UHGV virus genome: UHGV-1356687
Strand: one strand, 5' to 3'
DNA length: 41,977 nt
Source: a virus
Made by a program: the position numbers and the translations under genes. The notes under the pieces are model-generated. The model did no database searches. It was given only the letters and a program-made list of their open reading frames with translations, and was not told the DNA's origin. Shown piece after piece: positions 36,430 to 41,977 of this stretch (the stretch's first letter is position 1; every line of letters begins with the position of its first letter).

Positions 36430-36644
36430 TTTGTTTCCTCCTCAAATTGTTGTTTCTGTTCTTTGGTTGCTTTTGTGTCACACATGGTGGCTTGCTTGTG
36501 TATCCATGTTTTAGAAACCATGTGTATTTCATTGTCTAATAATGTGATAAAATAACCACGTGTGTCTATCTGGTCAATTCTATAAATATTTAATCCATCT
36601 GTTGAAGCCCATATTGAGCCAATAACCTTTACTGAATCACTCAC
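36426..36644 (-). CDS. hypothetical protein (72 aa)
   Basis: ORF ending ...EEETK*. Confidence 0.4.
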   Translation of the reverse strand: MSDSVKVIGSIWASTDGLNIYRIDQIDTRGYFITLLDNEIHMVSKTWIHKQATMCDTKATKEQKQQFEEETK

Positions 36645-36865
36645 TATGCGTCCTCCAATACATATAGGATTGAATCAAGTGGAATGGTGATAAATGTGGG
36701 TTGCATTTCTCCATCAATTTCAATATCTTCTGGTTTTTCCAATTTCAATAGTTTTTCATCATTTTCAACCGCTTGTTCATACATTACAAGAATTGGTTCT
36801 TCTGTGTATAAGTTGAAAAGTTCATTATTTGTTAAGCAAATATAATAATTCGTTTTGGTTGTCAT
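36644..36865 (-). CDS. hypothetical protein (73 aa; start at ATG 36865 rather than track 36892)
   Basis: RBS gggagg before MTTKTNYY. Confidence 0.4.
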   Translation of the reverse strand: MTTKTNYYICLTNNELFNLYTEEPILVMYEQAVENDEKLLKLEKPEDIEIDGEMQPTFITIPLDSILYVLEDA

Positions 36866-37005
36866 TATTTTAACCTCCCACATTTTTTGCATTTTTCATG
36901 TGCGCCTAAATTATATGATTTGTAAATGCCAAATGGTTCGTAATCATGTATACAAAAGTTTTCACGTAATACCTCTTTACACCATAATATAAAATTTCCT
37001 ATCAT
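36865..37005 (-). CDS. small Cys-rich protein (46 aa; C..C...CKKC, zinc-ribbon-like), not in track
   Basis: ATGA-coupled to the upstream ORF. Confidence 0.3.
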   Translation of the reverse strand: MIGNFILWCKEVLRENFCIHDYEPFGIYKSYNLGAHEKCKKCGRLK

Positions 37006-37163
37006 TGTTGTTCCTCCACTCGTATAATTTCAATTTGTTCTGGTCTAAAACCTGATTCATCTAAAATTTTCATAGCTGCACTAGCATGACTATTCGCAGT
37101 TACATGTCTTACCTCCACAAGTGTATCGTATCTTGTGCGCCATAAAACTTCATATTCTTTCAT
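37002..37163 (-). CDS. hypothetical small protein (53 aa), not in track
   Basis: RBS aggagg before ATG 37163. Confidence 0.3.
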   Translation of the reverse strand: MKEYEVLWRTRYDTLVEVRHVTANSHASAAMKILDESGFRPEQIEIIRVEEQQ

Positions 37164-37279
37164 TCTTATTCCTCCTAGTCCTCAATATACTTGATAATGT
37201 TGTAAGTACCCCAGATTCCAATTGTTACAAATACTAAACCAAATACTGCCATGTTAGTTCCCTCCTTAGTCATCTTATA

Positions 37280-37316
37280 CACCTACTATACCATCAGATA
37301 TAGTAGGTGTCAAGTG
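37280..37316 (-). promoter_or_regulatory. consensus promoter with embedded palindrome (copy 3)
   Basis: TTGACA, 17 bp, TATAGT-like. Palindrome CCTACTATACCATCAGATATAGTAGG 37282-37307. Confidence 0.55.
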
Positions 37317-37318
37317 TT

Positions 37319-38029
37319 TTATTCAAATTCTTTGATACTTTCAATAAGGTTGTTAAGTTTGCGTGCCTTTTTGCTTAAGTTAATTGCCTGTTGCTCCAAG
37401 CGGTCACGCTTTTTGAATAAGTGTTCTGCTTGCGTTGTTAGTGAGTCAATTTTAGCTTGTACACTAGACTTCAAGTCTATAGTTGTTTTAAAAGTTGGTG
37501 TTTCTTCTTTTTCAACTAATTCATATTGTCTTTCTGAAATGAAATAGTATGGATATTCATCATTTAAATAAATATAGCAATTATCAGTTAAAGGACTCTT
37601 ATATTCTACAATTTTATATGTTTTACCAATTTCTAAACCAAGTCTTTTGTCAATGTTATGTGGTCCTAAATATTTTGTAATTTTAGCATATTTTGTCATT
37701 TCTTTTTCCTCCAATTCATTAATTCGTTGTTCATATTGTAAAACAATTTTGTCAACTTTTTCTAGTTCTGATTTTGTTTTAATAAAGTTTTGAAACCATT
37801 CTTTGTATTTTTCCTTGTATGTGTCACGTTCAAGTTTTAGGTTGTTTATATCTCTATTCTTGTCTATCTTAATCTCTCTAATCATTTCTCTTAACTCGTT
37901 TATCTCCTCGTAAGCTCTGTCAAGGTTGTTTGCGTGGTGAATACATCTTCCTTGCCATTTATCCCTATTATCTACTAACTCATTGTAGTTCTTAATCAAT
38001 AAATCATGCTTTTTCTTTGATACTAACAT
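37319..38029 (-). CDS. hypothetical coiled-coil protein (236 aa)
   Basis: RBS aaggagg. It is highly helical and K/E-rich. Confidence 0.45.
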   Translation of the reverse strand: MLVSKKKHDLLIKNYNELVDNRDKWQGRCIHHANNLDRAYEEINELREMIREIKIDKNRDINNLKLERDTYKEKYKEWFQNFIKTKSELEKVDKIVLQYEQRINELEEKEMTKYAKITKYLGPHNIDKRLGLEIGKTYKIVEYKSPLTDNCYIYLNDEYPYYFISERQYELVEKEETPTFKTTIDLKSSVQAKIDSLTTQAEHLFKKRDRLEQQAINLSKKARKLNNLIESIKEFE

Positions 38030-38054
38030 TTTATATCCTCCCTTTAATTTATAT

Positions 38055-38090
38055 ATTTAGTATATCAGTTGGGGCTGAACTTGTCAACCC
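38055..38090 (-). promoter_or_regulatory. consensus promoter TTGACA-17-TATACT with hairpin (second copy)
   Basis: A 50-bp sequence identical to 33555-33605. Confidence 0.6.
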
Positions 38091-38105
38091 CTTTTCTGAT
38101 TTTTA

Positions 38106-38240
38106 TTAAATTAATTCAGCTGTTTTGTATGATTCACCATTAAGATACATGTAAATGTCATTACCTAATTGAATCACTTCTAATTTGTTACCTAACATTT
38201 CTTGTAATTTCACTTCTGCATTGATTTGTTCTTTTGTCAT
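38106..38240 (-). CDS. hypothetical small protein (44 aa), not in track
   Basis: RBS ggagg before ATG 38240. Confidence 0.3.
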   Translation of the reverse strand: MTKEQINAEVKLQEMLGNKLEVIQLGNDIYMYLNGESYKTAELI

Positions 38241-38275
38241 TTTTAATTCCTCCAATTTGTTTGTTGTTATCTTAT

Positions 38276-38312
38276 GTACCTACTATAACATGTGCTATAG
38301 TAGGTGTCAACA
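38276..38312 (-). promoter_or_regulatory. consensus promoter with embedded palindrome (copy 4)
   Basis: Palindrome CCTACTATAACATGTGCTATAGTAGG 38278-38303 plus TTGACA. Confidence 0.55.
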
Positions 38313-38329
38313 CTTTTGTTCAAAAAGTT

Positions 38330-38557
38330 TTAAAGAATTTCAATATATAGATAAGAAGCTGGTGTTGTTGAAATATTCATTACCTCACGTTCAAGGTGTG
38401 GTTCAACTTTTTCATATTCTCGTTTATATTCTAATTCTTTTGATTGTGTGAAAGTGCAAATCTGTTCTTCTGTTCCGTGTTCTACTAATACCACTGTTCT
38501 TCCATATTCAACATACATTAGTAATTGTCCTAGTGTAATCATTATTCTTCCTCCCAT
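38330..38557 (-). CDS. hypothetical protein (75 aa)
   Basis: ORF with RBS gggagg. Confidence 0.4.
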   Translation of the reverse strand: MGGRIMITLGQLLMYVEYGRTVVLVEHGTEEQICTFTQSKELEYKREYEKVEPHLEREVMNISTTPASYLYIEIL

Positions 38558-38820
38558 TCAATTTGTTTGATTGATACTAAACCAAGTGTTGTGAAATACT
38601 TGTATTCTTCGTCCCACTCTCTAAACTGTGTTAAAAGCGGTTTTCCACTACTATATGACTCTATTTGCTCACAATTACGTTCTTCAATTTGTTCTTCAAT
38701 TTTATCTACCATTTCATGATAATACTTGAGCGCACTCTCATATGAACTGAACCCTCTCATTGCTGGCACTTTATAATCAACTTTTACTAACCATGCGGTT
38801 TTCATTCTACACGCCCCCAA
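38542..38820 (-). CDS. hypothetical protein (92 aa)
   Basis: ORF ending EWEEE*. Confidence 0.4.
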   Translation of the reverse strand: MGACRMKTAWLVKVDYKVPAMRGFSSYESALKYYHEMVDKIEEQIEERNCEQIESYSSGKPLLTQFREWDEEYKYFTTLGLVSIKQIEWEEE

Positions 38821-38987
38821 AGTTCTTTAATAGTTTCAATCATTAAATCTTGTTCAAGTTCAACTTCTTTACATACATGAATTAAGCCAGCCATTAACAT
38901 GTAAATCACTTCCGCTTCATCTGCGTGGTTACTATTGATACTCAACTCTTTGTTTTCATCAAGTGTTAGTAATACTTTGTTTGTCAT
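38802..38987 (-). CDS. hypothetical protein (61 aa)
   Basis: ORF. Confidence 0.35.
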   Translation of the reverse strand: MTNKVLLTLDENKELSINSNHADEAEVIYMLMAGLIHVCKEVELEQDLMIETIKELWGRVE

Positions 38988-39394
38988 TACTCATTACCTC
39001 CTTTAAACACTTCATCATATAATTCTTGGATTGCTTCACGTTTTACTTTTAACATTGCAATTTGTGCTGATATTACATTACTTGGCTTTCCTATCAAATG
39101 TCCTGACAAATGACCAATATCCATATTGTATTGAATAAGTGTTCGTTGAAATGTTTTTCTAATCTTAGTGAGTTCATCAATGTTGACAATCTTAAAATTT
39201 GAATCCCAAAATTGATTTAGGTTGTGTTCTAAGTCAAATGGTGTTGTTCCGTATTCTAATATGTCACCTTCATCACATTTAATATAGAAACCTGTTTCAT
39301 TCTTTAGAATGTCATACTCTTTACCTTCTGTGTAAAATGGTTCTTGTGGGTGGCTACTTGTGCATTTCATTTTTAAATCTTTGTAGTCTATCAT
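38987..39394 (-). CDS. hypothetical protein, paralogue B of a tandem pair
   Basis: Its N-terminal ~70 aa align with 39391-39771 (LKMKCT...EPFYTEG..GFYIKCDEG...FWDSNF versus LKIKCT...EPFTLGR..GLYYIKDDSG...FWHSHF). Confidence 0.45.
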   Translation of the reverse strand: MIDYKDLKMKCTSSHPQEPFYTEGKEYDILKNETGFYIKCDEGDILEYGTTPFDLEHNLNQFWDSNFKIVNIDELTKIRKTFQRTLIQYNMDIGHLSGHLIGKPSNVISAQIAMLKVKREAIQELYDEVFKGGNE

Positions 39395-39771
39395 TTTAGG
39401 TCCTCCTTAATTCTAATTAGTGTTACAAAATCATCTAAGCTAATATTTAGCTCTTCCTGATTATTATAAATGTAATCAACAGTTTTGTCAAGTAAAATCT
39501 GTACCTTTTCTTTTGGTGTACGTTCTTTCTTTTGTTTTGGTTCTGGTGGGTTGCATACTGTAAAATGTGAATGCCAAAAGTCATTTAAGTCTCTTACTAG
39601 TCCGTCAATTACTGGTATATCGTCAATATGTCTATATGGTACATTACGTCCTGAATCATCTTTAATGTAATACAGACCAGTAGTTGCGCTTTCGCAATAA
39701 ATAGTATATGGTCTTCCTAATGTGAATGGTTCGCCTTCTGCTACGTATGTGCATTTAATTTTTAATGTCAT
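39391..39771 (-). CDS. hypothetical protein, paralogue A of a tandem pair
   Basis: See the paralogue above. RBS gggagg. Confidence 0.45.
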   Translation of the reverse strand: MTLKIKCTYVAEGEPFTLGRPYTIYCESATTGLYYIKDDSGRNVPYRHIDDIPVIDGLVRDLNDFWHSHFTVCNPPEPKQKKERTPKEKVQILLDKTVDYIYNNQEELNISLDDFVTLIRIKEDLK

Positions 39772-39794
39772 GTTAATTTCCTCCCTTTATCTTA

Positions 39795-39830
39795 TGAAAC
39801 CAGTGTACTATAACTGGTTTAGTTTGTCAA
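39795..39830 (-). promoter_or_regulatory. putative promoter TTGACA-17-TACACT with hairpin in the spacer
   Basis: On the - strand: TTGACAaactaaaccagttatagTACACT. Hairpin AAACCAGtgtactataaCTGGTTT. Confidence 0.35.
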
Positions 39831-39832
39831 GC

Positions 39833-40378
39833 TTATTTTGAAATGTTTGAGTAAACTCTAATTGATTTACGCTCTCTATTCTTTTTTACTTTTATTTTAA
39901 TATTTACACCTTTAGACAAGCCAACTTTTGTCAGTGCCTTTGTTACTGCTGTTCTTGTTGGTTTAGTAGGTTGTTCTGTATACATAATATAATCAGTATA
40001 TAATTCATTGCATTCAATCCATTTTCCGTTTTCTTCTATAGTATAGTTGTATTCTTCAATGAAATTCGCAACATCTTGTGTAATGTCAACACGTTCATTC
40101 TTTTTAGGTGGTAGTGTTATGCCTAAAATATAGTGCTTTCTATTTTTGTATGCATACATAAATAACTTGTTTTCCTCTTCTGCTTTATCTTTAGTTAGTT
40201 CAATTAGTTCAGATAATGGTATTGCCTCTAATCCATTCTTTCTACAATAACTTCTAAATAGTTTGAAGTATTCAGCACCGTCTTCATTTAGTTTGTTGTC
40301 ATGTGTGTTGTGAAATACCAGTCCTTTCTCGTTGAATAGGTCATCTAATAGTTGTTTGTACTCTTCTTTGTGTTGCAT
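39833..40378 (-). CDS. first early protein (181 aa), basic C-terminus; candidate DNA-binding protein for the adjacent repeat region
   Basis: RBS aaggagg. It is the first gene downstream of the iteron-rich control region. Its C-terminus is K/R-rich. Confidence 0.4.
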   Translation of the reverse strand: MQHKEEYKQLLDDLFNEKGLVFHNTHDNKLNEDGAEYFKLFRSYCRKNGLEAIPLSELIELTKDKAEEENKLFMYAYKNRKHYILGITLPPKKNERVDITQDVANFIEEYNYTIEENGKWIECNELYTDYIMYTEQPTKPTRTAVTKALTKVGLSKGVNIKIKVKKNRERKSIRVYSNISK

Positions 40379-40414
40379 TTTAAATTCCTCCTTGGTTATT
40401 TGTTGTGGTTTACA

Positions 40415-40452
40415 TTTACTATACTAAACCATGTTGATTAATTTGTCAATAC
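40415..40452 (-). promoter_or_regulatory. early leftward promoter TTGACA-17-TAGTAT
   Basis: On the - strand: TTGACAaattaatcaacatggttTAGTAT. It is immediately left of the repeat region. Confidence 0.45.
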
Positions 40453-40930
40453 TTTTGTCTACACTTTTTATAAAAAAGTTCTTGGTTCTGACTTTTTCTA
40501 GAAAGAGAACATTCTAGAAAAAAGTGTAGACACTACTGTAAACGTTGATAAACCAATGTTTCTGTTACTTTACACTTGTCTACAGTTCTACATCTTTTTA
40601 AAATCCTATCACACCATATATTTTTATTTATTATTTTTATATTTATCTCTAGATGGAGTAGAATATTAGAAGAACATATAGAACAAAAGTGTAGACAACT
40701 ACTAACAACATTATCATACCAACGTTTATCATGGTTCTTAGTGTAGACACTCTGTTTCTGTACAGAGAACCTAACCAAGAACACTTTTTAAAAAAAGTGT
40801 AGACAAAAAATATAAACCCTTACTCTCTCAAGGGATAGAGTTACTGTCTACACTTTTTAAAAAGTGTTCTCGTTTCTAAATACATTAAAAAGTGTAGACA
40901 AATAATAAAACCACTGGTTTCAATCAATGA
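40440..40930. repeat. iteron/palindrome-rich control region (putative origin and/or early operator array)
   Basis: At least 7 copies of AAAAGTGTAGACA or its reverse complement, at 40456-69(R), 40518-32(F), 40685-97(F), 40738-50(F, partial), 40790-805(F), 40846-59(R) and 40887-900(F). There is an 11-bp perfect inverted repeat TTTTTCTAGAA/TTCTAGAAAAA (40493-40524) and palindromes ACACTTTTTAAAAAAAGTGT. An AT-rich tract lies at 40621-40660. Confidence 0.6.
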
Positions 40931-41007
40931 TTAATCTATTCCCTAAACCACAAATAAGTATGCTATAATATAGAAGTAAAGTAAAAAACAAATAGGAGGA
41001 ATTAATT

Positions 41008-41208
41008 ATGAATAAAGAAGTAGGAAACATCATTGGGATTGTATTAGCAAGTATCTTGGTACTTGGTTTGTTAGCACTTAACATCTATATCATATGGGTA
41101 ATTGTAGGCGTGTTGTTTGCAACAGGTCACACAGTAATTGCATGGTTAGTTATTGTTAACATTGTATTCACTGTACTATTCAACGCAACTAAACGAGGTG
41201 ATAAGTAA
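41008..41208 (+). CDS. small membrane protein (66 aa, 2 TM)
   Basis: RBS ataggagg. It is the first rightward gene after the control region. Confidence 0.5.
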   Translation: MNKEVGNIIGIVLASILVLGLLALNIYIIWVIVGVLFATGHTVIAWLVIVNIVFTVLFNATKRGDK

Positions 41209-41456
41209 TGGAACATGAACTATATAATAAGACAGATAAGCAGTTACTAAAGAGTAACAAGGTGGACCTAGTGGCATACATCAGAACACTTGAGGGTACG
41301 CTATCCACATATGTTAACAATGCAGTAGAACCATTAGATAGTGAAGGGAATGTATATGATAGTACACAACCATCTATCACTGAACCAGCACCACACCACT
41401 TGACATCATATACCTTTAATGATACAGTAACTAAGAAAGACATGTACTCATTCTAA
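41208..41456 (+). CDS. hypothetical protein (82 aa)
   Basis: ORF ATGA-coupled to the upstream gene. Confidence 0.45.
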   Translation: MEHELYNKTDKQLLKSNKVDLVAYIRTLEGTLSTYVNNAVEPLDSEGNVYDSTQPSITEPAPHHLTSYTFNDTVTKKDMYSF

Positions 41457-41851
41457 TGTATAAGAAGTGTAAGGTTGCTTTATGTAGAGAATATGTAAAG
41501 CAACCAGAGGTGTATTGTGATAAGCACAAAGGTAACACAGCCACACAATACAATAAGTATGTGCGCACTAATCCACAGAACAAAAGGTATGCAGAGTTCT
41601 ACCAGTCAAGTGAATGGAAACGAATGAGACAATACAAGTTAAGTATCAATCCAATGTGTGAAGTATGTGAACGCAATGACCACACCAAGACGCTTGCCAC
41701 TATCGTCCACCATGTGGAGGAAATACGTACACCAATTGGTTGGGAAAAACGTTTAGATATTAATAATTTAGAATCAATTTGCCAATCCTGTCACAACAAA
41801 GAGGACCACGCTCATTCCTTTAAAAATGCAGGTAGGGGTAACAAGAAATAA
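41456..41851 (+). CDS. HNH endonuclease (terminase-associated, cos-phage type)
   Basis: 131 aa. Zinc-binding pairs are CEVC...C.SCH, with an HNH core (HHV...N...H). It is the last gene before the G-rich region and terS (circularly), the usual HNH-TerS-TerL packaging arrangement. Confidence 0.8.
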   Translation: MYKKCKVALCREYVKQPEVYCDKHKGNTATQYNKYVRTNPQNKRYAEFYQSSEWKRMRQYKLSINPMCEVCERNDHTKTLATIVHHVEEIRTPIGWEKRLDINNLESICQSCHNKEDHAHSFKNAGRGNKK

Positions 41852-41859
41852 TTTCAAGG

Positions 41860-41915
41860 GGGATAGGACCAAAAGCGAGGGGAGGGTAGCTGAAAATTTA
41901 ACACCCCCCGCCAAA
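41860..41915. other. putative cos site region (G/C-rich island)
   Basis: gggggataggaccaaaagcgaggggagggtagc...caccccccgcc. Local GC is far above the genome mean. It lies between the HNH gene and (circularly) terS. Confidence 0.35.
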
Positions 41916-41977
41916 ATTTTGGTGGCTACAATCGGAGATTCCTTATTTTCAAACAGAATTCTAAAAACGAAGTTTCA

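Noticed and set aside
40533-40784. 83-aa ORF on the - strand inside the repeat region
   Set aside because: It lies across iterons and palindromes. It has no RBS and an odd Cys/His-rich low-complexity composition. The region is better explained as non-coding regulatory DNA.
40440-40930. Possible CRISPR array
   Set aside because: The repeats are only 13 bp and occur in both orientations. Spacing is irregular and some copies are degenerate. These are not CRISPR characteristics and are more consistent with iterons/operators.
1-41977. Lysogeny module (integrase, CI/Cro, attP) and tRNA genes
   Set aside because: No tyrosine or serine recombinase-like ORF was found, no HTH repressor of recognisable type, and no tRNA-like cloverleaf. 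The phage is therefore treated as probably virulent. A divergent repressor among the small early ORFs cannot be excluded.

Overview
This ~42 kb, AT-rich (~35% GC) window reads as a complete or near-complete genome of a cos-type siphovirus (long non-contractile tail) infecting a low-GC Gram-positive host, probably a lactic-acid-bacterium-like organism. I recognised no integrase or CI-type repressor, so the phage is probably virulent. The late module (about 0.2-20 kb) is on the + strand. In order it holds a small ORF, a P27-family small terminase, large terminase, portal, HK97-type prohead protease and major capsid protein, then neck proteins, major tail protein and the G/G-T chaperone. A 1295-aa tape measure with a C-terminal lytic-transglycosylase domain follows, then Dit, Tal and a lysis cassette of an XhlA-like protein, a holin and a Sec-signal amidase endolysin. 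The early/replication module (about 20-40.4 kb) is on the - strand. Its recognisable genes are an NrdH redoxin, a family-B DNA polymerase with 3'-5' exonuclease motifs, a putative SSB with an acidic C-terminal ...DDLPF tail, an MBL-fold hydrolase, a NUMOD4/HNH homing endonuclease and a DUF3310 protein. Further along are a primase-polymerase-domain protein, a beta-class DNA methyltransferase, an SNF2 helicase, a VRR-NUC nuclease and a D5/P4-type primase-helicase. About 25 small ORFs of unknown function fill the rest. That module is driven by at least nine near-consensus sigma-A promoters. Four of them carry an identical 24-bp palindrome across the spacer and -10 box. A ~500-bp control region at 40.4-40.95 kb holds at least seven copies of the 13-mer AAAAGTGTAGACA in both orientations, plus palindromes and an AT-rich tract. 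Three rightward genes, the last an HNH endonuclease, then a G-rich putative cos region close the window. The most notable find is a 70-nt cassette present at the 3' end of both the major capsid and major tail genes. It has CCC-UAG, a 7-bp hairpin 5 nt downstream, and a 21-codon +1-frame extension whose differences between copies are mostly synonymous in that frame. This points to programmed +1 frameshifting that adds a common peptide tag to both structural proteins. Other findings are a putative ~300-nt ncRNA locus between terS and terL, 70-bp direct repeats flanking the lysis cassette, and an orphan nrdH next to a gene of unknown function.
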